Positions 47,738 to 61,262 of a DNA stretch of 64,000 nucleotides are shown here, one piece after another. Both the position numbers and the translations under genes were made by a program. The stretch spans positions 65,782,001 through 65,846,000 of the forward strand of contig NC_134474.1 of the NCBI RefSeq assembly GCF_964194025.1. Reading direction: 5' to 3'. The stretch is from Convolutriloba macropyga. Lineage: Eukaryota. A model generated the notes under the pieces. The model did not search any database. It was given only the letters and a program-made list of their open reading frames with translations, and was not told the DNA's origin. Numbering within the stretch: the first letter of the stretch is position 1; every line of letters begins with the position of its first letter.

Positions 47738-50369
47738 AAAAGAATAAGCCAAAAATCAAAATTTTTAAAAATTAAAAACAAAACTCAACGCGAGCCAATC
47801 AATAGTATTGAAAGTGAAACGCAAAAAAAAAATTAAAAAGTAGTCTGCATTCTTTCGAACAACTCAAGGAATTGAAACAATTGTATATAGTAACATACTC
47901 CTCATTATTTTGTACATTTACAAAGATAATCTAGTCACTTTTTTTAATGTATAACAAATTTTGTCCATGAACTACGATGTTTAAAAAAAATTAGGAAAAA
48001 CATTTAATTGGCGTTGGTCACAAACGCAAATAAAACGCTGGGCAAACATCAAAAAGAAATTCAAAAGACAGCCCACGCAATATTGGGTACATATTGGCTC
48101 AAATGGGCTCTTCCCAGATCTAAATCTATAAGCATTTAGTATTTTCTTCAAAACAAAAAAATGAAAACAAAACATAGCAAGTTTTTTGGACTGTGGGCTA
48201 CTAGGGTGTTGCATTCTTCACGCTCGAGAATTCAAAATAACGGTGAGCAAAATTTTCTTATAACAAACACTTCTCTTGAGGCTGTTTATTTGAGTACAGG
48301 GCTAGGTACGCTAGAGATCGTCCTCAAGAGAATCTCATAAAAACAGGCTTTTGCGAGACTGTCCAGCATTTCTGATAACTTAGTCCCGTATTTACGAAAC
48401 ACAAAAATGGAAAAATACATAGAACATTCTATGAAAATTAGGACCGACATTTTTCCCATTTTTTTCCGCAACGTTGCAAACCATACAAATGTGAACTGCG
48501 ATCTTAAATCTTTTCTCAATTTCAGAACTTTATTCGCCGCAGTAAAAATAGTCTGGCTATTTTAGTCAGTAAAAATAGTCCTATTCAAAAACTTAGAAGC
48601 AACAGATGATAAATAGACATACCACTCTATAAACTAGTAGAATAATATATAAGTTAACAACCAAACTTGGTTAATCTACAAATTGATTTAGCTCTCTATG
48701 CATACCGGTATTCGGAGCTGACTTGTCCAGTATCTAAAATGGAAAAAATTGGAAAAAACTAAAATTGGAAAAAAAAATAATAGCTAAAGATTAGGGAACA
48801 TAACTAAAAAAAAAACTTCGCTGCAGCCACATGGAACAGGCTAACGTCGGATGTCTCCCAAAATCAAAACGCCAAGCACGGGGAGTTCGATTGTATCTTG
48901 CGTCGGAAGAGGCGCTTATTAAGGACGCAAACAATGGCAATATTAAAAACAAAAACGTGAAAACATTGATGGCAGATTTCCAGAAAAACAGCCGCAGTAG
49001 CTTCGTATATCTGCAGCCTCAAAAAGATAAAGAAACAAACTAAAACAGAAATTTCTTTCTATTAAATGCTGAGACGTTGCATTTTTATTAAGAATCAGTT
49101 CAACTTATTGCTACTTCTATTAGCTGCCCTCAAATACCCTTCAATTAGAGTGACACGCACTCACTTGACCTTATCTCTTTGAATTAAAGTTAAGAAAATT
49201 CTAATTCACAGAGAGGAAGTCCTTTTTGAGAGTGAGGTAAGTCACGTGTGACCATAAACTTAATCACGCCCATGAAGGACAAAAATTCGCTCCCATGAGT
49301 GTAAAATGACGTGTAAAAAAGTGTTAAATGAAGTCACGCACGCAATTCAGTTGAAATTGGTATGAACGAATGAACAAAACGCAGATTTGAAGTAATGGTG
49401 ACGTCATATGGTCGTAACAAAAATCTTGACGAAAAAAAAACCAAGAGAAGGCCAATAATAGCCTCCGCTATCGCGTTGCGGCTATTAAACATACGACTCG
49501 CCTCGGACAAATTGATCTCGAATGACAGTGGAGTTCGAACCCCCGACTTCCGGTGTCCTCGACAAAAGCATTAGACCTTGCTGATTTCCTGTTCTGCAAC
49601 AGGAATATTCTGCATAAACAAGACACACGTTTACAATAATTGCTTCTAACTTCGTTCGAGAGCAATTGAGTATTAAACCGATTGCAGAGCATATTTTGTT
49701 TTTCAGCAGACGCTTACTTCACACACGTTTGCCGCTATTTGAATACAGCTAGTTTTAAGATTTTGAATGAGCAATTAGGTCACTTAAAACTCGAGAAATG
49801 AGAAGCAGAAAATGTAGATAACTCAATTCCTCCAAGCAAACATTTTCACACAAAGACACAATAATAGCTCCAAACTTTTGAGCCGTTAAATTTTTTAAAA
49901 CTTGCTTAGATAACAGCAAAAGCTTAAGCGGCCACTAGACATCTTCAAAACGCCTCGCGCATTGACTTTTTCTCTGGGCAACACTTCAAATGAACTTTAT
50001 CATCGCGCCTATCAATCCAACTCATCCACTCAATTTTTGAAATCAGGCGAAGATCGTCCTGAAGATTTTATTGTTGGACTACATTATAATCGAGTTCGAG
50101 AAGCCCGGTTTGAGTAATCAAAATGGATTACCATAGGCCAATAAATCATTTGTTACAAAAGTCTTTCAGAAATACGTCAATTAATGTATTATTGCAGCAT
50201 TTTTACAATATGAACATAGTTATAACTATGTTTATTAACAACAGTAACAGTCTTCGCATATTTCTTATATCTTGCCACAAGACCTATTCTTCTAAAAGCA
50301 ATATATCAACAGAGCTGCTCATATATTTCAAAGGCACTATTAGATAACCATAGCAATAATTGGTTTCAT

Positions 50370-51357
50370 TTATTTGCCAACAAGGGTAGCATCATTTGGT
50401 TCCTCTTTTATATCTGCGTTAGAACTGTCAACAGTTTTTTCAAACCTCGCCTCTTTAAGCGATCCATGTCTTTGTTCATCGTCATCTTGATTTTTTTGTC
50501 TTCCTTCGGTAATGTTTTCGGACAACTTACGTTTTCTACCAACGATTGCGCTACCTTGACCCGCTATTTTTCCATCTTTTCCCAAAGCAATAGTTTCGCT
50601 TTTTATCGCAAATTCAGACGCAAAATCTTTCGGCCCGAGACTTGATTTTGCCAGGTCGTTTTTATCCTGCTGTTTTCCAGCGTCGGCAATTTTTGGATCT
50701 TGAATTTGTGATGTGTTCGAAGTAGATTGACAAAGTTCACTGGTTTTAGTAGTAGCAGTAGCAGTGATAGTTTCTGTTGCATGGTTAAGCAGCAATTCTC
50801 TCGGGGACAGGAGCTGAAACAGACAATTTAGTAGTACATATGGATGAAAAAATGAGGCATTAGCATTATAGAACAATTTTTGCGATTACATAAATTACAT
50901 GATTTTCGAGAAACCAAAAATGATGTAAAATTATGAAATCTACTGATTAGTTCAAAAAATGCTGTAAAACTAATTTAGAAATTTTGTGTTTTTCGCTCTT
51001 TTCCGTTTTTGAATGGTTTTGAATAGGTTTGATTTTGCATTCGCATTTTAAGGCAGATTGAAAGTTCAAAACCTACTGTTCAATCACATTTAATACCAAT
51101 AGAAGTTAAACACTCGGCGCATAAATTAATTACTCCATATTCGGATATGAATTGGTATGTACTACCTGTTTGTTATTGTCTTCCGCTTTCACAACGTTGT
51201 TACGACCTGACGAAGTGTTGACGGGAGGTCCCTCTTGGGGCAAAGCAGGCGGTGGGGGAGGCACTATAGCCCATTTAACATCCAGCTGGGAGGTATCCAC
51301 CATTGGGTTGCCCAGTCCGTACGTTGAAAAGACATAACCGGGTTCCACTTTCGTCAC
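50370..51357 (-). CDS. Last two exons (51166-51357, 50370-50813) of an unidentified host gene
   Basis: AG|GTG acceptor at 51357, CAG|GTAGT donor at 51166 and tttcag|CTC acceptor at 50813 are all phase 0. Low-complexity product with poly-Pro and GRKRKLS (NLS-like). Upstream exons fall in or beyond the N gap. Confidence 0.6.
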
Positions 51358-51554
51358 CTTAAAACAAACCTCCCGTTTCTACACCCTTTAAAATTATAAC
51401 AAAATTTAATACAGCTGGTTGTATTTCGCTAATACAACGCTAAGTTTGTTCACGTCTCAGAATTTTAGCCATTTATTAAATTAGGCGCTGTAAAATAGTG
51501 CAGTCTGTATATAGAGTCAAGACTAAAGCAAAAATGGGCAAACACGCAAAAAAG

Positions 51555-51754
51555 NNNNNNNNNNNNNNNNNNNNNNNNNNNNNNNNNNNNNNNNNNNNNN
51601 NNNNNNNNNNNNNNNNNNNNNNNNNNNNNNNNNNNNNNNNNNNNNNNNNNNNNNNNNNNNNNNNNNNNNNNNNNNNNNNNNNNNNNNNNNNNNNNNNNNN
51701 NNNNNNNNNNNNNNNNNNNNNNNNNNNNNNNNNNNNNNNNNNNNNNNNNNNNNN
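51555..51754. other. Assembly gap (200 N) followed by (TA)n to ~51812
   Basis: Read directly. Confidence 0.99.
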
Positions 51755-51759
51755 ATATA

Positions 51760-51815
<56 letters not shown>

Positions 51816-54800
51816 TTTTCTGAAACATATAATTTGGTAGTTTAATTTGAGTTAAAATAGGAGATTTTTTAATTGTCTCAAACGCTACTACCGGTTGAAG
51901 TGTAAAGAGAGCATAATTATCTAGAAGGGTGGCGAGATATGTTTGAAAGTTGCCGAACCCGTATGTGCTTTTGGCTTATCGGTTTGTTCATCGCAGAAAG
52001 TTGTGAGCTGTATCATTAGAAAGTCCGTGAAGTATAGAATTTTTTCTTTGTAGCCTTTTTAGGATTTCTTTCCGTTTGTACCTTTTGTAAAGTTATTGAC
52101 GTTTTGTGAAAAATTTCAAAATTTAGGTCATCTTTGCTGATTTTTCGCGTTAACTGTCTGTCAATTTATGGGTAGCTTTGAAAAATAGTTTTAAATAGGT
52201 AATAAAGCGTACTTATTTAAGTTTTTGTAGTTAATCAGATTTATGAACTGTTCTGTACGCCCCTTTTTTTAGTCAGAACGGACCAATATTTTCCTAAGTT
52301 AGACAAAAAATGTAAATCGACACCAAATAAGGCAATTTAAGCTAGGTTTGTGCTATTTTGTACAATACGGTTTTTCAGAGTCTGACTAATTGTATTTGAA
52401 ATGGAATGTGATTCATTTTCATCAGTTTTAGCCTATTTTAATTTTGTATTTGTTGAAAAATGCTAAAGATTCTATCATCTTCTTATCAATTAGCTATTTA
52501 GTTTTTGATTTTTCTTCAAATCTTTTTCTCCATCTTTCTACAATTTTTCTTTTCTCCTTTCTTTAGTCTAACAAAAAATTTTATTGTATTCAATGGTTTT
52601 CATAAAAATAATCAAATTAGGATAATAAAAATACAAGAACCTCTACTTTAATTACAATTTTAATTTGTGCTCTCATAGTTTTAGATGCATTTTTTCTTTT
52701 TGCTGTAAAGAACTGTTAGCAGGACAGCCGTTTCAATGATATGTCAGAGTAGAAAACTTCTTCCTGTTATATTTGAGACCAAGGGAGAACAACACACCAA
52801 AGCAACAAGTACGGGTAAAACACATATATTCATTGATAATATTCTTGAAAACAGGTAAGTTAGAAGTCAAAAATAACCTCGATCAAAGGCAAAAACCATC
52901 AAACACATTTATTTGAATATCACCGAAAAGCGTTAATGTTCTGTTGTTAATGAGACAAAACGATGCTGCAAACAAAAATGGGGAAAAAATGCAACCTCAA
53001 AAACCAATTAAAAACAATAATCTAATTTTCTCACCAAATTTGAAAATTAAAAGCCAATGGAACCTCTTTTCATTTTGGTAAAAAGACAAAAAAAAGCATC
53101 CTGCATAACACAAAAAAAATTTTAAAATATTTTATTTTGAAAAGTGGTAAAGTAAAAACCATTTTATCATTGACGGATTTAAATAATTGCAACAGAACTG
53201 TTAGAAGTCGTGAATCACCCTAGTAGCGTTGATAAAAATTGAGGAAATCAAATGTTAAAAACCGAATTAAAAATTCCTCATATCTAATTTTTTACAGAAT
53301 GTTTCTTCGGACACCTAATTCTTTCTCCTATTTAGAAACAACTAAAAATAGTACTGACTTCAAATATACTGGACTTCAATAATAGGCTCGCTATTGCTTC
53401 GGAGCAACAAAGTTTTCACCTAACTTCTCTGTCTTTTACTACTCAATGCTGATAATTAGTATGTAAACGCGTTGAAAAAAATGTGGCTGTTATATTGATT
53501 TTTGCGCTTTTTTTATTTCTCGTTCTCAGTGAACAAATTATTTTTATTGTTTTTTTAATAAAAATTTGCTTCTGACAACTATTTTTAAAATAAAGTTTTA
53601 TAACAGAATTGCACAATGAGCAAATTTATGACATTTTGTTACAATTTCTAATTTATACAAATTTGATGACATATAAATGTTTCAAATGTAGAGCTATTTC
53701 GCAATCAAAGCGAAGACACTGAAAAACAAAAATCAAATTTGTCAACAATTTGATCGTTAAAATCAACTATTTTTTAAGGCGTCGGACAAAAATTGTCTCA
53801 AAACTGTAATCTACCAGTGTTTCTTTTTCCCATTACATCACACGATTTTTGTTTTCCCAAGTTGAGAATCATTCCAATAGAAAGTCACAAAGTCAATAAT
53901 ACTAATCATTTAAAGTATTCTTAATCCAATTATTAGTGAAAACTTATCAACGTTGACAAACAGGCGTTTTAATTTGGACTACGTTCCAGAAACTAAAAGT
54001 ACCCAAAGTCATTGCTCTCTATAAAAGGGGAACTAAACACCCATATCCATAGCTTCAGTCAGCTCAAAAAATTTCCGCGGTGTTTGATTTTTTTTGTGTG
54101 CAAAGATGACAAAATATTGTTATGGGATACAAGCTGATAAGATATGTGTTAGATTTCCTATGTACCTATCTTTTTAGATGGTTGTTCAATTTCATACAAT
54201 ATATGAAATTGCTGCACCCACAGGGTAAGAAAAAGATCAATAAGCGTTTGATCAATAATTCCTCAATGCTGTGTGGTTTAAATAAATATCACTTTTGAAT
54301 TGGATAAAGAAGAACTTAATGAACGATTTGGTGTGAATTACGTAATATCGGCCTCGTCAATAAATAAATAAAAAATAAATAAGTAATGTTTTCCAGTATT
54401 TTGATATTTTCCGTCACCGTCGCCCATTTTAGAAAACCTTTTTATCTCTTGCAATATAACTTTACGATATTCTTCACATCCGTTAACATTTTTTGTTTGT
54501 TGTTCTTATTTATTATTTATTTAGCTCAAATAATATTAATGGCAATGTTTTGGCAACAATAGTTATGGTTTATATTTTAGTTTTGAAGCACAGCGATAGA
54601 TAGTTATAGAATAACAGTTGAAAGCTGTTGTTTTTATGAATTTTGTCAGCTGTTTACAAGTTATTAACAAGTTGCCATTTTGCCTGTGACCACTTTTTCA
54701 AATATAACACAATCAAATATATCAAACTAGCTTTCTCGATTCAAACCACGCGTGAAGACGCAGCATCTAGTTATAAGAATATTAGTTAAAGCGGTGTTGT

Positions 54801-54863
54801 TAATTGTATTGTTTAAAAAGTCATTTTCAATTTATCAATTTATTTGTTATCATTTTTTCAAAT

Positions 54864-57800
54864 ATGACACAACCAGGTGCAAAAATTGCCTTCAAAACTT
54901 TCTGCTCTTATCTTTTAGTAAGTACCAACTCCTGCTTTACACTCATCGATTCAAATCGGACTCGTGACCAATTCTTGAAACCGGACAACATTGGTTTTGA
55001 GTGTGAGTTCCACATAAAACGGATGAGGACTGTTTCGGAGGTAGAGAGAACGATCTCATTTGATGCTGTTTTAAAGGTTAGCGGAACTCTCAAAACCTGT
55101 TTAGTGGTTTCGATGAAAAACATTTAGAATTTGTTAGTTTACATTCATGGTGGGAATTGCACATTAGGACCACAGCCCTGTCGCTTTTCCAGCTCAAAAA
55201 CGTTTAAGGTCAAATTTCCAAATTTTTTGGTCAAAATTGCGTCATAGGTCAAAATTGGCTCCCTGAAAAGATAAAGAACTAGATTGCATTTTGAATGTAT
55301 TTTTCTCTCTCTATGATACATTTGTTCCGATCCCACCGCAGTAGGGGGGGGGGGGACTAGATGCTCAACTGGGTTTGTTTTGGTCGATCGATTTCTTCAT
55401 CGTAGACAGCTGTGAGTGGTATCATCAGAGAGCGCATCAAGCGCATATTATCTATTCAAAACTTTTTCTTCAATTTCTATCTTCTCGAAAACTCTATCGT
55501 GATTTAAATTTCTTGTGAACATTGGACGTGATTTTGTCACCTTTTAGCGTCACCTTTGTTAAATTTGAGATATAGTTTTTTGAGAAATAAACGCTCAATG
55601 ATATAAAGATCAAGGCGACTCGGTAATGTGCGATGGCACATAAGGTTCCGACCCCGCCCATCCACAATTTTGGCTTAATTGTCTACCAAATGAGGAACAG
55701 AAAGAAAAGGCCAAAAATTATTTTTTGCGAGTCCCAAAAAAGCCCGTCTTTTTCAAAAAATTCTGTAAGAACGACAAGATAGCCTCCAAAGCAAATAACT
55801 CAGTGGAGTAAAAACTGAAGCATTAGATTGCTGTGATATGCCAATATTAAGGGAGCGAGTCAAGACGAACAGCAAAATCAAACAACAACAACAACAAACA
55901 TTAATTACATCAAAAACTTTATGTCCGTTTTAAAAAAGAAAATTTGTTAACAAAGTCAGCATACCGTCAGATAAACCTAAAACTAAACAAAAAAACTTAT
56001 AAATCACCAGAAAATATTTGGACCCGTCCATAAAAGGTTTGATAACAATTAGACAAAAAAAGAACAAAAACAGTAAAGTTGAAAAAGTCGCTTATTTTTT
56101 TAAACAACTAACTTAAAAGTAATGAAAACCATTAGGAATCAAATAAATTATCCCAAAGGTTTACGATTACCAATGCTTCTATAGAAGGGCATTAGGACCT
56201 GTCCTTATTCATTTTTTATTAGGCGGCTAAAAAGAACAACAAAAAAACAACAAACAAAACCTCAATTGAAACCTGCCAGAAAACGCTGTCAAAACCGTCA
56301 AGCCATATTTTGGCCCTCAAAATACGTTCAATTGCACCTTATCCAAACACCAAAATTATAGCTTGTGGCCATTTATGAGTGAGACTAGGTAACAAGTAGA
56401 CAAAAAAGAGAAAAGGGCAATATTATGTAACAATTTTGATTTTTTTCGACAGAAAATTATATCCAATGTCATGAAAGACATTAATTACGAAATTAAATGT
56501 TTTAATAGAATCATTTATTCATCCAAAGGAAGCCTGTGAGACCTGCATTTATACAGAATATGTCTTGCGTCTACAAAAAGAACGTAAAATAAAACAAAAA
56601 GTATTTTATTTTTTTTTCGTGAAAAAACCGGTGTCCAAGTCAGTAAGGTCATAACGCATTCTTAAAAAAACAGATTTTTGGGACATCAATCCCTTTTGAC
56701 ACTTTCCCCTGACACCCATAATGTCATATTTGACCAGTAATTAAAGGAGATTAGGTAAAAAAAAATTTGCGAAGTTTAAAAGTTTTTTTTTAGTTTTGGA
56801 AAACGATTGTTTTCGAAGTCATGAAAGCCATCAGCTATCTACTAATATCAAAATATTGGCTCATCTTCCATGAAAAACCAGTGAAACCTATCACTATACA
56901 GGAAATTTCATACGACCGAAACGACAAAGTAAAAATGACAGTTAAAGACAAAATTAAAAACTTCAATTATTTTCTTCAAGAAAGAAGTGTCGAGGCCGTT
57001 AAAACTATTATCTATATCTTTCAAGATTTTAAAATATTCAATTGTGTTTTATTTTGAACGCTAATAATGTGATATGAGAACTGTCAATAATGTGATCATG
57101 TGACTAGAAAACGTGAAAAACTGGCAATTACATAAAAACAAAAAAATCTGAAATATAGTAGTATCAAAGCCAGAAAACAATAACTTCAGGCTTAAAACCA
57201 CAATCGAGAATAAATTTTGATTTAGTAGAAGCATTCTTTAAATGAAGAAGCATTCTTTATTTGCTGATACTAAGCTACAAATTGACCAAATTAAGAAAAA
57301 AATAGAGGAAAACTTCCTTAAGCCATTATTCCTTTAAAAATCAATTATTTTTAAAAGTCGAAACAATCAAAGGATTTCAAGTAAGAAAATAAATGCATTG
57401 GTTTGTAGCTACTTAGGAAGCCAATTGGACCTATCACTCCTGAGCTTTGATTTGATGTGTTCTGTTCTTTATTATTAAAAAAAGGTCTTTTTTCAAAAAA
57501 AAAGACTGACTGATTACAATCCGAATTCTTTTTGGATTGTAACAGTCCAAGATTGGTCCAAAATTAGCCCTGCTAATGCTTTTCGTCGGTTAGGAACAGT
57601 TGATTTTTGAATGTTGTAGATATAGATAATTTGTTAGTTGAAAACTCAAAAACAAATTCTGCATTTTTGATAATCAACGAGTAAAGATAGCAAAAAACGG
57701 CACTTTTTAATTACAGAGCACTCTCAGCGGAAGTTGAAGTAGGAATGGCCCCCTTTTGAGTCTACAAAGATTGTATTAGTGTTGTTTGGGGGTATACTGT

Positions 57801-58737
57801 CGGCAAATTTAATCAAAGTGGACTAAAGCAGCTTATTTCGTGCTGTTTTTGAAGAAAAAGGCTGAATTTTGAAATATTTATCCAGAGTTTTTGACCAAAA
57901 AAATTAAATCAGAATAATCTACAAAGCTTGTTTGTCTTTAAAAATGAAATCATTGACACTATACTTAAAATTTTCGCAAATTTGGGCAAAATTGACGAAA
58001 AATTAGGCAAAAATTTCGAAAAATGTGAATAAAAACATCGTGAATTCACTCTACTTTTCTCAGAAGTTTAAACTTCGATAGCTCAGTGTAGAAATTGAAA
58101 ATTAAAAAATCTTTTCACTTCCACATTCTACGCTGGACGAGCTTTCTAATGATACCAGTCTCTACGATGAATATATCGATCGGCGAAAATTGACTGAACA
58201 AAAGAAAAACCCATTTGAGTATATTGTTCCTCCCCCCTCAAGAGGGGTCGGAACAATGATAACGAAGATTCCTTTCGTTTCTATCGACGAATTTTTGCAG
58301 AGAAGACGGCAGTCAGTAGTGAATATAGCGCAAAACTAATTTAACCCAGGCAATTTCACACAATGATAGATCAAAAAAGTTAAACATTTCACGTCACACC
58401 TGAATTAAAATGGCGAGTTGGGGGTGGGGTACCAACCGTTACGCGCTGTTTTTCCTTTTAGAGTAGGTGGACAGACAGAAGCCTGCCCTCTTCCTTGGGA
58501 ATCGACGTGATTGCGTGGAAAATTGATGAATACATTCAACTGCAGCCGTCAGTAATGGACCAGATCTGGTTTCCCAAAATATACTTCCACCCACTGGAAT
58601 CGGTTGAGGAATCGAAGGAGAACAGCAAATTATCCATGGATAAAAACGGGCGGGTGAACTCAGATATGGTTGGACGGTATACTTTCTCATGTCCCATGGA
58701 CCTAACTTTCTTCCCATACGACCAACACTCATGCGTG
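54864..58737 (+). CDS. Cys-loop ligand-gated ion channel subunit, extracellular-domain exons 54864-55076 and 58462-58737; TM exons not in window
   Basis: Phase-0 splice gives ...TISFDAVLK|SRWTDRSL...; IWFPKIYF; Cys-loop CPMDLTFFPYDQHSC (C-x13-C). Start codon uncertain. Confidence 0.85.
55611..58256 (-). mobile_element. Family H1 Helentron-like element in the channel intron (a 5' fragment of another copy is at 55321-55610, + strand)
   Basis: Ends are reverse complements of those at 35349 and 38352; 55611-56700 is homologous to 1-1045 and 57650-58256 to 35350-35900. Confidence 0.65.
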
Positions 58738-59096
58738 GTAAGCCAAGGGTGGGTGGGGTTGGGGGATAATAATGGTAAAAAGTAAAAAAAGTGAAAACAA
58801 TATACTGCAATATTTTCTGCGGTGAAGAAATTTGGTAAGTTAAGCGGTAATTTTTTTCACCGCATTAACCACCTAAAAATCAGCGCAATTCTTACATCTT
58901 TTCATCGTATTCATCGCATTTTTTTCGCGATTTTTAGCGCTGACACCTCGTCCCAGGGAAACTCTTAAAATTGCACAAGGGAAGAATTTATAAGGTAAAA
59001 GAGTACATTTACATTGAGTATTTTGTAGAAACAACTAACTTTGTCAAATAACAGTTGAATCTATAATCTGAAAGGGAATTAGTGAGTAAAATAGAA

Positions 59097-59981
59097 GATT
59101 AGGTAAAAAAAAATTTGCGAAGTTAAAAAGTTTTTTTTAGTTTTGGAAAACGATTGTTTTCGAAGTCATGAAAGCCATCAGCTATCTACTAATATCAAAA
59201 TATTGGCCCAGCTTCCATGAAAAGCCAGTGAAACCTATCACTATACAGGAAATTTCATACGACCGAAACGACAAAGTAAAAATGACAGTTAAAGACAAAA
59301 TTAAAAACTTCAATTATTTTTTTCAAGAAAGAAGTGTCGAGGCCGTTAAAATTATTATCTATATCTTTCAAGATTTTAAAATATTCAATTGTGTTTTATT
59401 TTGAACGCTAATAATGTGATATGAGAACTGTCAATAATGTGATCATGTGACTAGAAAACGTGAAAAACTGACAATTACATAAAAACAAAAAAATCTGAAA
59501 TATAGTAGTATCAAAGCCAGAAAACAATAACTTCAGGCTTAAAACCACAATCGAGAATAAATTTTGATTTAGTAGAATCATTCTTTAAATGAAGAAGCAT
59601 TCTTTATTTGCTGATACTAAGCTACAAATTGACCAAATTAAGAAAAAATAGAGGAAAACTTCCTTAAGCCATTACTCCTTTAAAAATCAATTATTTTTAA
59701 AGTCGAAACAATCAAAGGATTTCAAGTAAGAAAATAAATGCATTGGTTTGTAGCTACTTAGGAAGCCAATTGGACCTATCACTCCTGAGCTTTGATTTGA
59801 TGTGTTCTGTTCTTTATTATTAAAAAAAGGTCTTTTTTCAAAAAAAAAGACTGACTGATTACAATCCGAATTCTTTTTGGATTGTAACAGTCCAAGATTG
59901 GTCCAAAATTAGCCCTGCTAATGCTTTTCGTCCGTTAGGATCAGTTGATTTTTGAATGTTGTAGATATAGATAATTTGTTA
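59097..59981 (+). repeat. ~885-bp near-identical direct repeat of 56749-57635
   Basis: Both begin GATTAGGTAAAAAAAAATTTGCGAAG and end TAGATAATTTGTTA; the near-identical 78-aa ORFs at 56821 and 59168 reflect this. Confidence 0.93.
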
Positions 59982-61214
59982 TATTGCGGCTGAGCTTAAC
60001 AACTCAGAAATCAAATTGAATAGCGCTTCAAGGTCGTTTCAAGCCTTAAAGCTAGAATAGCGTGACAAGCGAAATTTAATGCTACATTCTATCGAAGCCA
60101 AACGGATTTGTTCATTTTGTTCAACATTTATATTTAGCAACTATTATTAGTACGTAATCGTCATATATGAAGTGAAACAGAAACTCAAACTTTAATTACG
60201 CAATTATTGCCACGTATTCAAGTGTTCACAATCGCACAAATTTAGCTCAAAAGGAGCAAGAGATACCCAACTTGGTAAGCCAGATTCGATGAATTTTGCG
60301 ATTTTCATACTAATTCAGAGAGTGCGGGGCACCGTATAAGGTATCCCGAACCCCAACTTCAGTGCATTCAGAGAATATTACGACATAGTAATCTACAACC
60401 AATCAGAGATGCAATTTTGACATGTACGGCAGTATAAATAGAGCTTGAAAAACTAGCAAAAATCAGTTGAAACTTGTGAAATTTGTCTTATTAAACTGAC
60501 ATACAGTGCGTATTGAAGCACACTTTCTTGAGCGGTAAATTACTTGTTATCGTGTCTTGTTTCTGTAGATCATATTAGTGATTGTACAGTTTTAACTTTA
60601 CTTTGACTTGTGAAAAGAGAATTAACTTTGATATTCTCAAAACTTTCTTTCTGAGGAACGAAGTTCCTAAGTAAGAGAAACTTTGTGCAAAGCATAAAGT
60701 CAGTTTCTCTTACTGGCTTTAACGAAGCTGATTCTAGTTCAACATTGGTGTTATTGAAACCAATAGAGAGACTTGCTAACATTAAAGTTAGAAAATATTA
60801 TTATTGTCAGATTTCCAATTGTTAAGACCTACTGTTTTACAACTGCTTACTGCAGCAGGTTGAAACTTTGCATAGTTATAGCCAAGCTATAGGGCTACAA
60901 TTTGTAGGAACGGGAATTCCTAAATTGGGTTTATAACTTGAGTCATTAACAAAAACTCAACAATAATTTATTGTTTCAATTTGAATTATTTTGTTATTTT
61001 GAGAGAAACAAGATTGTTAAACAGCAAAGCTGAGCGATTAGTTATCAGGAGTAATTGAGCAACAAGTAATGCAACGGTAATCTACAGTATAGCGGATAAT
61101 ACAGTTCACAAAAGTTAACTGCAAAAATACAATATCCGGACAGATTTGAAACCGCTGAAACGAACTGGGCGGTGTAAAGTTTTCCTTGACTTTGATAGGA
61201 GAGCAGCCGTTACA
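59982..61214 (+). repeat. 5' LTR (~1.2 kb) of a BEL/Pao retrotransposon
   Basis: Starts TATTGCGGCTG exactly where the duplicated segment breaks and ends CAGCCGTTACA (imperfect terminal IR). Internal CCAAT (~60399) and TATAAATA (~60434). Followed by a PBS. The second LTR is outside the window. Confidence 0.65.
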
Positions 61215-61216
61215 TT

Positions 61217-61232
61217 TGGTCCGCCGACCCGG
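61217..61232 (+). other. Primer-binding site TGGTCCGCCGACCCGG (tRNA-Tyr-like)
   Basis: TGG 2 nt after the LTR end; resembles the TGGTCCTTCGAGCCGG tRNA-Tyr PBS common in BEL/Pao elements. Confidence 0.65.
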
Positions 61233-61262
61233 ACAGTGGAAGGCAAACTGCTGTCCAATCTG

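Noticed and set aside
54020-54230. TATA plus Inr and a 5' exon for the channel gene
   Set aside because: TATAAAAG-to-TCAGTC spacing (~37 bp) is longer than canonical and no transcript evidence is available; plausible but unsupported.
56821-57057. Duplicated 78-aa gene (also 59168-59404)
   Set aside because: Incidental ORF inside a duplicated repeat segment; no motif.
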